64,000 nucleotides of DNA. It comes from Dehalococcoidia bacterium. Lineage in GTDB: Bacteria > Chloroflexota > Dehalococcoidia > Bin125. The notes under the pieces were generated by a model. It saw only the letters and a list, made by a program, of their open reading frames with translations, searched no databases and was not told the DNA's origin. Positions 49,901 through 59,122 of this stretch are shown one piece after another. The stretch spans positions 1,504,001-1,568,000 of the forward strand of contig CAXXSR010000001.1 of assembly GCA_963662615.2 (NCBI GenBank), in the 5' to 3' direction. The translations under genes and the position numbers were made by a program. Numbering within the stretch: the first letter of the stretch is position 1; each line of letters opens with the position of its first letter.

Positions 49901-49978
49901 CGCGGGGCCTTCCTGCGACGCTGACGCGGGGCCTTCCTGCGACGCTGACGCAGGGCCTTCCTGCGACGCTGACGCGGG
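49883..49978. repeat. 4 x 24-bp near-perfect tandem repeat between convergent stop codons
   Basis: gccttcctgcgacgctgacgcggg x4 (one copy ends ...cagg); no spacers. Confidence 0.97.
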
Positions 49979-49983
49979 CGCGC

Positions 49984-51510
49984 CTAAACGGGGCTCACCG
50001 GGCGCTTCTTCTCGAATGGAGCGGCGCGCTTGGGCTCCGCGTTGCGGAAGCGCTCAATCAGGGCCTCGCGGAGATCGTCGGGGGGCACGATGTCATCGAC
50101 CACGAGCTCCGCGGCGAGGCGGTAGATGTCGATGTCGGCTTCGAAGGCACGCTGCTGCTGCGCCACCCACTGCGACCGCTGCGGCTCCTCCATCTGCTGG
50201 ATGCGGTTGTAGTAGACGGCGTTGATGGCGGCCTCCGGACCCATCACGGCGATCTGGGCGGTGGGCAGCGCCAGGGCGGCGTCGGGCTCGAAGGCGGGAC
50301 CGCACATGGCGTAGAGCCCGGCGCCGTAGCACTTGCGGATGATGACGCTGATTTTGGGTACCGTCGCCTCACTGACCGCGGCGATCATTTTGGCGCCGGC
50401 GCGGATGATCCCCTGGCGCTCCACGGCCGTGCCGATCATGAATCCGGGCACGTCCGCCAAGAACAGGAGGGGGACGTTGAAGGCGTCGCAGAGCCAGATG
50501 AAGCGGGCCGCCTTGTCTGCCGAGTCGACGAAGAGGACGCCGCCCTTGACCGCGGGCTGGTTCGCCAAGACGCCGACAACTTTGCCGTTGAGGCGCGCGA
50601 AGGCGGTGATCAACTCGCCGGCGAAAAGCTCCTTGATCTCGAAGATCGAGTCGGCGTCGACGATGGCCTCAATGAGGTTGCGCATGTTGAAGGCGCGGTT
50701 CTGGTCCGCGGGAATGATCTCGCTGGGGGAGCGGCCGGACGCCGCCGCGACCGGCGCCATCTCCGGGGGCGCTTCCGTGTAGTTGGAGGGGACGTAGGAG
50801 AGGTAGCGTTTCACCACCGCAATGCCCTCCTCCTCGCTCTGCACCAGCACGTCGCCGCAACCGGAGACGGAGCAGTGCATGCGCGCCCCGCCCATCTCCT
50901 CCAGCGTCACGTCCTCACCGATCACCATCTGGGCCATGCGCGGTGAGCCGAGGTACATGGAGGCGTTGCCGTCGACCATGATGACGACATCGCAGAAGGC
51001 GGGGATGTACGCGCCCCCGGCCGCGCTGGGGCCCAAGAGGAGACAGACTTGCGGGACCAGCCCGGAGAGCTTGCTCTGCATCCAGAAGATGCGTCCGGCC
51101 CCGCGCCGGCCGGGAAACATCTCTACCTGATCCGTGATCCGCGCGCCGGCGCTGTCAACGAGATAGATCATGGGAAAGCGCAGCCGCGCCGCCTTTTCTT
51201 GAATCCGGATGATCTTCTCGACGGTCCGCCAGCCCCACGACCCCGCCTTCACGGTGGAGTCATTGGCCATGTAGCAAACGGGCCGATCGCCAACGCGGCC
51301 TACGCCGGTGACGACTCCGTCGGCAGGGAGGTCCTCCGCCAGGTTGTTGGCAAAGAGGCCGTCCTCGGACGCGGGAGCGCCGTCAAAGAGGAGCTGAAGC
51401 CGTTCGCGCACGAACAGCTTGCCGCGTGTCTTCGCCTGCTCGTGGTAGCGGGGCGCGCCTCCGCGCTGAATGCGGGCAATGGCCTCTCGCACGTCCGGAT
51501 CGTTCTCCAC
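49984..51510 (-). CDS. Acyl-CoA carboxylase carboxyltransferase (beta) subunit, methylcrotonyl-CoA-carboxylase-like
   Basis: 'GKLFVRERL', 'DSAGARI', 'SAAGGAYIPA', 'DVPGFMIG', 'KCYGAG'. Confidence 0.93.
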   Translation of the reverse strand: MENDPDVREAIARIQRGGAPRYHEQAKTRGKLFVRERLQLLFDGAPASEDGLFANNLAEDLPADGVVTGVGRVGDRPVCYMANDSTVKAGSWGWRTVEKIIRIQEKAARLRFPMIYLVDSAGARITDQVEMFPGRRGAGRIFWMQSKLSGLVPQVCLLLGPSAAGGAYIPAFCDVVIMVDGNASMYLGSPRMAQMVIGEDVTLEEMGGARMHCSVSGCGDVLVQSEEEGIAVVKRYLSYVPSNYTEAPPEMAPVAAASGRSPSEIIPADQNRAFNMRNLIEAIVDADSIFEIKELFAGELITAFARLNGKVVGVLANQPAVKGGVLFVDSADKAARFIWLCDAFNVPLLFLADVPGFMIGTAVERQGIIRAGAKMIAAVSEATVPKISVIIRKCYGAGLYAMCGPAFEPDAALALPTAQIAVMGPEAAINAVYYNRIQQMEEPQRSQWVAQQQRAFEADIDIYRLAAELVVDDIVPPDDLREALIERFRNAEPKRAAPFEKKRPVSPV

Positions 51511-51774
51511 GCTGTTCTCCTTCGTACGAACGGCCGCTCAGAGCCCGCAGGCCCAACGGGATCATGATCGTGGACAGGCTCAAGGCAGCGCTTCCGGGCT
51601 TGGTATCGTGACCGTCGTGGAGCGGCTGCCCCGGCCGGCCCCTGATCCATCGCTAGCCTAGCGCGTCCGCTGTACGGCCCGGCACAGCGGGGCTGGACGT
51701 CGCGGGCGCCGCGCCGCTGCCGCTGCCCTGACGCGCTGCGCTGGACCGATCCACAAGGGCGGCGTGGAACGGGC

Positions 51775-53106
51775 GTGCGGAGGGATCGCTATCGTGTGCC
51801 CGTGGCGGATCCGAACGCTTTCGAAGCCTATCTCGCGCCCTGGCGCGGCCCCCGCGCCGGTCGCACCGTCGACGCCGCCACCGCCCTCGCCGCGATCCCC
51901 GACGGGGCCCGACTCCTCATCCCCCCACTCTGCGGCACGCCGCTGCAGTTCCTGGCCGCGCTGGACGACAGCCGTGCGCGGTGGAGAGCGCTGGAAATCG
52001 TCGCAGGGCCGCTGCTGCATCCGATCGCGCCGTTGCGGCACGCGGGAGCGCCGTTTCGATTCACCACCGTGCATCCCACCCCCGCCTATGCCGCCGCGGC
52101 CGAGGCCGGGGCGCTGCGGATCATCCCGGCGCGCTACTCCGACACTGCGACACTGTTCCGGCCCGACGGTCGTTATCCGGTCGATGCGGTCGTCGTGGGC
52201 GTCAGTCCGCCCGGTGCGGCGGGCCGCTTCAGCTTGGGCGTGTCGGTGGGCAGCGTGATTGACGCGGTACGCAGCGCCCCTCTCGTCATTGCGCAGGTCA
52301 ACCCGGCGATGCCGTACACGCTGGGCGCCGGCGAGCTGGAGCGTGAGGCGTTCGACTTTCTCGTGGAGATGGAGGGGCCGCTGCCCGAGTTGCGACGGGC
52401 GCCGGCCGGGCCGGTGGAGGAGGCCATTGCCGGGCACGTGGCAGCCATCGTCCGGGATGGGGCGACGCTCCAATTCGGCATCGGTGCGGTGCCGGAGGCG
52501 ATCATGGGCCGGCTGGGGCAGCGCAGGGACTTGGGCGTTCACTCCGGCATGATCAGCGACGGCTTGATCGACCTGGCCGAATGCGGCGCCTTGACCAACG
52601 CGCGCAAGTCGCTCCAGCCCGGCGTGATGGTGACGGCGGAGGTCGCCGGCACGCGCCGCCTGTTCGACTGGGTGCATCGCAACCCCGGCGTGCGGATGGC
52701 GCCGGCCGGCTACAGCCACGGCGCCCAAGTGCTCGCCGGCTGCCGGCGCCTGACGGCGATCAATTCCGCGGTGCAGGTGGCGCTGGACGGGACGGTCAAC
52801 GCCGAGGAGATTGACGCGCGCACGGTGAGCGGCCCGGGCGGCCAGCCGGACTTTGTCGCCGGGGCGCTGGCGGCGCCGGAGGGCACGAGCATCGTGGCCA
52901 TGCCGTCCACGGCGGCGGCGGGCACGGTGTCGCGCGTCGTGCCGCGGCTGGCGGCGGGAGCCGTGGTGACAGTCGCGCGGTCTCTGGCGGACCGCGTCGT
53001 GACGGAATACGGCGTGGCGGAGCTGCGCGGCCGAACGCTGGAGCAGCGGGCCGCCGCGCTGCGGGCGATCGCCCATCCCGACTTCCGCACGGGCCTCACT
53101 CGTTGA
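51775..53106 (+). CDS. Acetyl-CoA hydrolase/transferase family (4-hydroxybutyrate CoA-transferase-like)
   Basis: 'GATLQFGIGAVP', 'SGPGGQPDF', 'VVTEYGVAELRG', 'IAHPDFR'. Start uncertain (GTG at 51802 possible). Confidence 0.88.
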   Translation: MRRDRYRVPVADPNAFEAYLAPWRGPRAGRTVDAATALAAIPDGARLLIPPLCGTPLQFLAALDDSRARWRALEIVAGPLLHPIAPLRHAGAPFRFTTVHPTPAYAAAAEAGALRIIPARYSDTATLFRPDGRYPVDAVVVGVSPPGAAGRFSLGVSVGSVIDAVRSAPLVIAQVNPAMPYTLGAGELEREAFDFLVEMEGPLPELRRAPAGPVEEAIAGHVAAIVRDGATLQFGIGAVPEAIMGRLGQRRDLGVHSGMISDGLIDLAECGALTNARKSLQPGVMVTAEVAGTRRLFDWVHRNPGVRMAPAGYSHGAQVLAGCRRLTAINSAVQVALDGTVNAEEIDARTVSGPGGQPDFVAGALAAPEGTSIVAMPSTAAAGTVSRVVPRLAAGAVVTVARSLADRVVTEYGVAELRGRTLEQRAAALRAIAHPDFRTGLTR

Positions 53107-53344
53107 GACGGCGTCCGCGTTGAAGTGCGGACGGGGCGGGGGAAGCGCCGCCCAATGTCGCGCGCAGGCGCCATTGCGAGAGGAGCGGGAGCGAGCGCAG
53201 CGGAGGGGCGGCGACGCCGGGCAGCGTTCGCCCCGACGCACTGGGGACGGACGGGCTGCATTGCGGGCGTCCGCCCGCGCTCGTATACTGCCCGCCACGT
53301 TGGAGCCGCGGACGCCCAGGTCCGCTCACTGAGGGGACGTGATT

Positions 53345-54235
53345 ATGCCCACTCTACTTCTTCCCCTGGATGGAACTCCTGCTGCGGAAGTGGCCTTCGT
53401 GTGCGTGCAGGCGCTCACGGGGAACCAACCCCATCAACTGCGGTTGCTCTATGTGGGAGACGACAGGGACGGGTCGCATCGGGCCTATCTGGAGCGCGTG
53501 GCCGGCATGTTCAAGGACTTGGAGCATGAGCCGTCGGTGGAGGTGCAATCGGGCGACCCCGCCCAGGTGATTGTCAGCGCGGCGGAGGAGCCGCCGGTGG
53601 ACGCCGTCATCCTGAAGCGCGACGAGCGGGAGGGCGTCCGCGGCTGGATCCTGGGTTCCATCACCGACAAGGTCGCACGGAGCCTGCAGCGCCCCTTGCT
53701 GTTGATGAACCCGCTTCCCGGCGAGGGCCGCTGGCTGGACTACGCCATCCGCAACATCATGGTGCCGCTGGACGGCTCCGGGAACGCGGAGCGCGGCGTT
53801 GACGCCGCCTTGCCGCTCGCCGAGCGACTGGGCGCGCAGGTCACGGCCATATATTCCTTGCCCTGGCTGCCCCGGGAGCCCGCCCAGCAGACACAGGACC
53901 GGCGCTCAGAGGTCACCCAGGACTCAGCCGGGCCTGAGCTGGCCGGGCTGGCGAAGGTGAGTACCGCCTCCGACGAATTGGAGGCGGCCGAGATGAAGGC
54001 CTACCTGGAGGATCTGGTGCATCGCTTCCGCGACCGAACGCGGCTTCGCACCATCGCCATGCGGGGGGACGCGGTGGCGGCGATTGAAGAGGCAGCGCAG
54101 AAGAATGAGATCGACCTCATTGTCATGACTACGCAGGGCGCGGGAGGTGTGGTTCATCGAGGGTTGGGCAGCGTGGCGGAGGCCGTGTCCAAGGATTGCA
54201 CGGTCCCCGTGATGCTGGTCCGACCCCTCAGCTGA
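53345..54235 (+). CDS. Tandem universal stress protein
   Basis: Two USP domains: 'LLPLDG...LGSITDKV' and 'MVPLDGS...GSVAEAV...PVMLVRP'. Confidence 0.92.
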   Translation: MPTLLLPLDGTPAAEVAFVCVQALTGNQPHQLRLLYVGDDRDGSHRAYLERVAGMFKDLEHEPSVEVQSGDPAQVIVSAAEEPPVDAVILKRDEREGVRGWILGSITDKVARSLQRPLLLMNPLPGEGRWLDYAIRNIMVPLDGSGNAERGVDAALPLAERLGAQVTAIYSLPWLPREPAQQTQDRRSEVTQDSAGPELAGLAKVSTASDELEAAEMKAYLEDLVHRFRDRTRLRTIAMRGDAVAAIEEAAQKNEIDLIVMTTQGAGGVVHRGLGSVAEAVSKDCTVPVMLVRPLS

Positions 54236-54261
54236 TCGCGTTCGTTGGGAAAGCTACCGCT

Positions 54262-54711
54262 ATGCCGACATCACCGACCTCTTTCGAACCGCTCCTGGCC
54301 AAGGCAAGCCTGTTTCAGGGGCTCAAGCCCGAGGAGCTCCGCAAGTTCGCCGGCCGCGTGCAACTGCACCGCTACGAGCCTGGCCAGACAATCACGAGGC
54401 AAGGGGAGCTGGGGACCGGCCTGTACGTGATTAGTCAGGGCTCGGTGAACGTGATCCACGACCAGGGCGAGCCGAGCGAAACGCAGATCGCGACGCTGGG
54501 CGAGGGTGACTTCTTTGGCGATATGGCGCTGCTGCGTGAGCGGACGCGGAGCGCGACCATTGTCGCGCGCGAGGCCACTGAATGCGTCACGCTGGTGCGC
54601 TGGGACTTCAAGGAACTGGCCCTGGAGAGTCCGGACCTGCTCTGGAACATGCTGGAAACCCTGGCGGATCGGCTGGCGGATGCGGACGACAGCGTGGCGC
54701 ACCACCTCTAG
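54262..54711 (+). CDS. Stand-alone cyclic nucleotide-binding domain protein
   Basis: 'LGEGDFFGDMALLRERTRSATIVA'. Confidence 0.9.
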   Translation: MPTSPTSFEPLLAKASLFQGLKPEELRKFAGRVQLHRYEPGQTITRQGELGTGLYVISQGSVNVIHDQGEPSETQIATLGEGDFFGDMALLRERTRSATIVAREATECVTLVRWDFKELALESPDLLWNMLETLADRLADADDSVAHHL

Positions 54712-54810
54712 CGAGCGCGTCGCACCCGCAGACGGACCGCCACGCCGGGCCCTCCGGGCCCCGCGTGGCGGTCGCTGATGCCGAGAGCGAGCCGGTGCAG
54801 CTAGACGCCG

Positions 54811-55704
54811 CTAGGCGCCGCGATGCACCTCCGCACCGCCCAGGGCTTCCAGGACGCGGACCAACGCCTGGGTGCCGCGGTCGCCGCCGCCCGCCGCCTC
54901 AAGATGGTGATAGAGCTGATGGACGAGGGCGGTAACGGCGAGCGGCTGTTGGACGTCCGCGGCCGCGCCCAAGGCGAGGCGAAGGTCCTTCTGCAGCAGC
55001 TTCACCATGAACCCCGGGGCGAAGTCGCGGTCAATGATGCGGGGCCCCAGGTTGGTCATTTGCCAGGAGCCGGCGGCGCCGGCGCTGATCGCCTCCAGCA
55101 TCTTGGCCGGGTCCACGCCAGACTTCTGACTGAGAGTGAGCGCCTCGCAGACACCGGTGAGCGCGCCGGCGATGGCCACCTGGTTGCAGAGCTTGACCGT
55201 CTGCCCCGCGCCCACCGGGCCAACGTGCGTGATCGTCTTGCCGAGGGCCTCGAAGATGGGCCGGCAGCGCTGTACGACGGCCGCATCGCCGCCCACCATG
55301 ATTGAGAGGGTGCCGGCGATGGCGCCCGTATCGCCGCCGGAGACCGGCGCATCCAGCATGGCGACGTTCTTCTCCGCCAGCTTCGCGCTGATGGCGCGCG
55401 TCACGGCGGGGCTGATCGTGCTCATGTCAACGAGGACCGCTTCAGACCGCAGGCCGGCGATCGCGCCGTCGTCGCCCAGCACCACCTGCTCCACGTCCGG
55501 GCTGTCGGTCACCATGCTGATGAAGACGTCGGCGCTCTCGGCGACCGCTCGGGCAGTGGCGGCTTCCTGCGCACCCGCTGCCACGCATTCGTCGATGCCG
55601 GGGCGGCTGCGATTCCAAACCGTCACGGCGAAGCCCGCCTTGAGAAGGTTCTTCACCATGGGGCGCCCCATGATGCCCAGTCCGACAAAGCCGATGTGAT
55701 CCAT
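54811..55704 (-). CDS. NAD(P)-dependent beta-hydroxyacid dehydrogenase (tartronate semialdehyde reductase / 3-hydroxyisobutyrate dehydrogenase family)
   Basis: 'IGFVGLGIMG', 'LDAPVSGG', 'GQTVKLCNQ', 'KDLRLA'. Confidence 0.93.
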   Translation of the reverse strand: MDHIGFVGLGIMGRPMVKNLLKAGFAVTVWNRSRPGIDECVAAGAQEAATARAVAESADVFISMVTDSPDVEQVVLGDDGAIAGLRSEAVLVDMSTISPAVTRAISAKLAEKNVAMLDAPVSGGDTGAIAGTLSIMVGGDAAVVQRCRPIFEALGKTITHVGPVGAGQTVKLCNQVAIAGALTGVCEALTLSQKSGVDPAKMLEAISAGAAGSWQMTNLGPRIIDRDFAPGFMVKLLQKDLRLALGAAADVQQPLAVTALVHQLYHHLEAAGGGDRGTQALVRVLEALGGAEVHRGA

Positions 55705-56085
55705 CTTTTTCTCCCTTGCACTCGCCCGCCCGCGAGGGCGGACTGCCGCGCGCGCGCAACGCCGAGACTATTGCCACGCCGCAGCCCTCTGCGTAGGCGA
55801 GGAGCGCCGCCGGCTGACGACCGGCGTGTTGCCTGGAGGCACGATGGCGACCTTCCCCCTGCTTGGCAAGAGTGCGGAGGCAGGAGGCCGCCGGCGTTTG
55901 CCATATCTGGCATGCTGGGGGCAGGGCTCGCCCCTTGCGGGGGGCCGGCATGGCCCGGCCGATCCGCTGGACGGAGCAGGGACGGCCGCCTGCACCAGCG
56001 GCGCCGTCGCGCGACGATGAACTTGTGGAGACGGCGCGCGCGAGGGACGGTCGCTAGGGAAGGCGGACAGCAGGTCCAGCATTTA

Positions 56086-56102
56086 TGTAATCGCCATGTA
56101 AA
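56086..56102 (+). promoter_or_regulatory. Direct-repeat operator, WalR/OmpR-type
   Basis: TGTAAT-CGCCA-TGTAAA matches TGTWAH-N5-TGTWAH; lies in an AT-rich patch about 60 bp upstream of a TATGCT -10-like element (56163-56168). Confidence 0.45.
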
Positions 56103-56191
56103 TTAGGAAACAGAGGGGGCGCGACGAGCTTTTCTGCCATCGCAAACTGGAAAGCGATGCGGTATGCTTACAGCCACAACTGAATAGGGTG

Positions 56192-56315
56192 CTGGGCCTA
56201 ATCCCTCCTGGAGGGAACGGGGGACCCGATATTTGGGGTGAATAGAGCATAACGCTCTTAGGCGCACTCCTTCGCGCCGAACCCGACAGCTAACCCCGTA
56301 GGCGACCGAGGGAGG
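56192..56315 (+). ncRNA. c-di-AMP riboswitch (ydaO/yuaA class)
   Basis: Hallmark blocks in order: AATCC..GGAACGGGGGACCC..TTTGGGGTGAAT..TAGG..CCGAACCCGACAGCTAACCCCGTAGGC..GAGGGAG. Confidence 0.9.
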
Positions 56316-56328
56316 TTTGACTGCTCAG

Positions 56329-56360
56329 GAGTCGATCCTGTCTTGAGGATCGGCTCTTTT
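56329..56360 (+). terminator. Intrinsic terminator, expression platform of the riboswitch
   Basis: GAGTCGATCCT-gtcttg-AGGATCGGCTC-TTTT. Confidence 0.85.
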
Positions 56361-56753
56361 GTGTAGAGTCACCCAAGTCGCCATTCACGGCTCGGTACCG
56401 TAATCATGCAGGGAACCGTTGGCCGCTCGCCCGGTCGACGGACCTGGAATTGGACAGGGTTTTCTCGCTCACCCTGTCCGCCTCCTGACCAGCCCGGGGC
56501 CTTAGGGCCCCGGGCTGTGCTTAACGCGAAAATCCGACTCCCTGCGTGAGGCCACGCTGCCCCGCCGCTGAGGGGGCGCCGCGCCTCACAGGGATCCAAG
56601 GGCACACCGTCCCGCAGGCAAGCGCGACCGCGAGGGCGGCCGGCGTGTCGATGCAGCCCGCGCCGGGGCCGGGCGCTCACTGTCGTTGCAACAGCGGTAT
56701 CGCGGCGGGGACCATCAGTGGACGCCGTACCCGGACGCGGACATACTCGTCGC

Positions 56754-57560
56754 ATGGATCGCGATGCACTGAGCCTCTTCTCCGTTCGTGCTGCCACGGA
56801 CGTGCCGGCGGTGAGCGCAGAGCAGATGCGCGAAGTGGACCGGCTGGCTGTTGAGGACGCCAGCCTGGACCTTCTGCAGATGATGGAAAACGCCGGCCGC
56901 GCACTGGCGCTCGTGGCGCGCGACTATCTGTCTTCGGGCGTGACGGGCAAGGGACCGGCGAAACCGTCGTCGATTCTGGTAGTGGCGGGCAAGGGCAATA
57001 ACGGCGGGGGGACGTTGGCCGCCGCGCGGCATCTGCGCAACTGGGGATTCGATCCGCAGGTGGTGTTGAGCGCTCCGCCCACGAGTCTGGGCGAGGCGAC
57101 CGCCCGCCAGCACCACATCCTCCACAAGGACGGGGTGCGACCGCTGTGGCCGGGCGGGCGCCAGTTCGATCAGCGCTTCCCGGAGCAGCTCGAGGCTGCC
57201 ACGGTCGTGGTTGAAGGGCTGGTGGGCTACGGCCTCCACGGCCCCCTGCAAGGCGATCCCGCCCTGCTTGTGGATGCGATCCTGGATCGGGCGGCGCCGA
57301 CGGTGATCTCGCTGGACCTGCCGGCGGGCTTCGACGCGACGTCCGGCGCCGTGTACTCCACCGGCGTCGTGGCAACCACCACACTGACCTTGGCGCTGCC
57401 GAAGACCGGCTTGCTCCAGGGCGACGCCACGGCGGCCGTGGGAGACCTCCTGCTCGCGGATATCGGAATCCCGCACTACATCTACGAGCGGCTCGGCCTC
57501 CAGGTCCCGCCCGACCTCTTCGCGGAGGGGTTGATCGTTCGGCTGCTGCCGGAAGGCTAG
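56754..57560 (+). CDS. nnrE: Stand-alone NAD(P)H-hydrate epimerase (YjeF N-terminal domain)
   Basis: 'QMREVDR', 'QMMENAG', 'GKGNNGG', 'SLDLPAG', 'LADIGIP'. Confidence 0.88.
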   Translation: MDRDALSLFSVRAATDVPAVSAEQMREVDRLAVEDASLDLLQMMENAGRALALVARDYLSSGVTGKGPAKPSSILVVAGKGNNGGGTLAAARHLRNWGFDPQVVLSAPPTSLGEATARQHHILHKDGVRPLWPGGRQFDQRFPEQLEAATVVVEGLVGYGLHGPLQGDPALLVDAILDRAAPTVISLDLPAGFDATSGAVYSTGVVATTTLTLALPKTGLLQGDATAAVGDLLLADIGIPHYIYERLGLQVPPDLFAEGLIVRLLPEG

Positions 57561-58374
57561 CCGCTGCCGGGGGGTAGCCACTGGACGATGTGCGCCTCGC
57601 CGGCGGCGCGGTCAGGGCCGGCGAAGTGACAGCGGCGTTGCATGGGGCATTCCGGGCAGCGCGGATTCCGAGCGACGCACAGTTGCGCGCCCAGATCCAT
57701 GAGCGCCTGGTTGATGGTCCAGCCGTCGCGGCGGGGCAACACGGCTTCGGCTAGGGCCCAGAGGCGGCGTAGGCGGAGCCCGGCCGTGTCCTCGGCGGGG
57801 AGGGCGCCGTGGAACCAGCGGCCCAGGACACGCGCGACGTTGGTGTCAAGGATGGGGGTGGGGACGTCGTAGGCGAAGGTCATCACCGCGCCCGCGGTAT
57901 AGCGGCCTACACCGGGCAACTCCATCAACTCCGGCGTCGTGGCGGGCAGTCGCCCGGCGTTGTAGGTCACGGCATGATCGGCGATCTGCTTGATCCATTG
58001 GCCACGGATCTTGTAGCCAAGCGGGTCGGTGATCCGCTTGACGTCGCGGAGGGGCGCCGCCGCGACATCCTCAATTGGGGGAAGCGCTCGAGGAAGTCGG
58101 AGTACACCTCAGCGACGCGCGGCACCTGCGTCTGCTGCAGCATGATCTCCGCCACCAGGATCGCATAGGGGTCGCGTGTGCGACGCCAGGGCAGGTCACG
58201 CCCGTGCTCAGAGAACCAGCGGCGAAGGTTGCGGCGCAGGTAGCGCCGGCGGGCAGGATCGATTCGGGCCCGCAGGCGAGCGTGTCCCATCTGACGTGGC
58301 GATTCCCAAGCCCCAGGCCGGCCGGACGCCGGCGGGCTGGGGCGATCGTATGATGCGGCGGGCCCCCGCGCCAT
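57557..58374 (-). CDS. mutY: Short MutY-like HhH-GPD [4Fe-4S] DNA glycosylase, split by a 1-nt deletion
   Basis: 'RDLPWRRTRDPYAILVAEIMLQQTQV' in one frame; 'LPGVGRYTAGA', 'NQALMDLGAQLC..RNPRCPECP..RC' in the other. The break is at the C5 run (58077-58081); the bridging frame reads IEDVAAAPLRDVKRITDPLGY. Start at 58290 or 58374. Confidence 0.85.
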
Positions 58375-58437
58375 CGATCGGTAGGGGCGAGAGTTGCGGA
58401 TATCCTCTCACCGTCGCGCCCATCGTGACGGAGGCCA

Positions 58438-59067
58438 ATGCCGAATCCGCTTCCGACTCGCTTCTATGACCGGGACACGCGGGAGGTCGCCCGCGATCTC
58501 CTGGGCTGCGAACTGTGGCTGCGCGCCGCGGGGATCGTGCGGCGGGGCCGCATTGTGGAAACGGAGGCCTACCGCGGCCTCGATGACCGGGCCTGTCTGG
58601 GCTGGCGGGGCGAGACGCCGCGCCTGCAGTCGCTGTTCGGGCCGGCGGGGCGGGCGTTCGTGTATATCACCTACGGCGTGCACTTCATGTTCAATGCCGT
58701 GACGGAGCGAAATCGATTCCCTGCAGGCGTGCTCATCCGGGCGCTGGAGCCCGTGGCCAACCTTGAGGCCGACGCTCGCGGCCCCGGCCGGCTCACGAAG
58801 GCGATGGGCATTGACCGCCGCCTCAACGGGAGCCATCTGCGGACCGGGCCCGTTCGCATCCTGACCGGCGGTCTTCGAAGCGGAGAGTCAACGGGCGTCA
58901 GCACCCGCGTGGGCGTGGACTATGCCGGTGCGGAGGCGGCGGCGCGCCCCTGGCGCTTCTTCATTGCCGGCAATCCCCATGTCTCACGGGGGCGGCCCAC
59001 GGACTCCACGCGGGCCGCGCGGGCGGTCGCTGAGCGTGAGGCCCGACGCGGCCGCGCGCTGCCTTGA
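58438..59067 (+). CDS. mpg: DNA-3-methyladenine glycosylase (MPG/AAG family)
   Basis: 'RIVETEAY', 'YITYGVH', 'VLIRALEP', 'GPGRLTKAMGI', 'PWRF'. Confidence 0.93.
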   Translation: MPNPLPTRFYDRDTREVARDLLGCELWLRAAGIVRRGRIVETEAYRGLDDRACLGWRGETPRLQSLFGPAGRAFVYITYGVHFMFNAVTERNRFPAGVLIRALEPVANLEADARGPGRLTKAMGIDRRLNGSHLRTGPVRILTGGLRSGESTGVSTRVGVDYAGAEAAARPWRFFIAGNPHVSRGRPTDSTRAARAVAEREARRGRALP

Positions 59068-59122
59068 CGGCCGTACCAGGAACGGCGCTCGCCGATCGCA
59101 ATGGTGGGGGCGCCGGCTCGGT

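Noticed and set aside
49883-49978. 24-bp repeats as a CRISPR array
   Set aside because: The copies are directly adjacent with no spacers, and there are no cas genes in the window.
56361-56530. Identification as 6S, SRP, tmRNA or RNase P RNA
   Set aside because: None of their hallmark motifs were recognised; it is left as an unassigned structured region.
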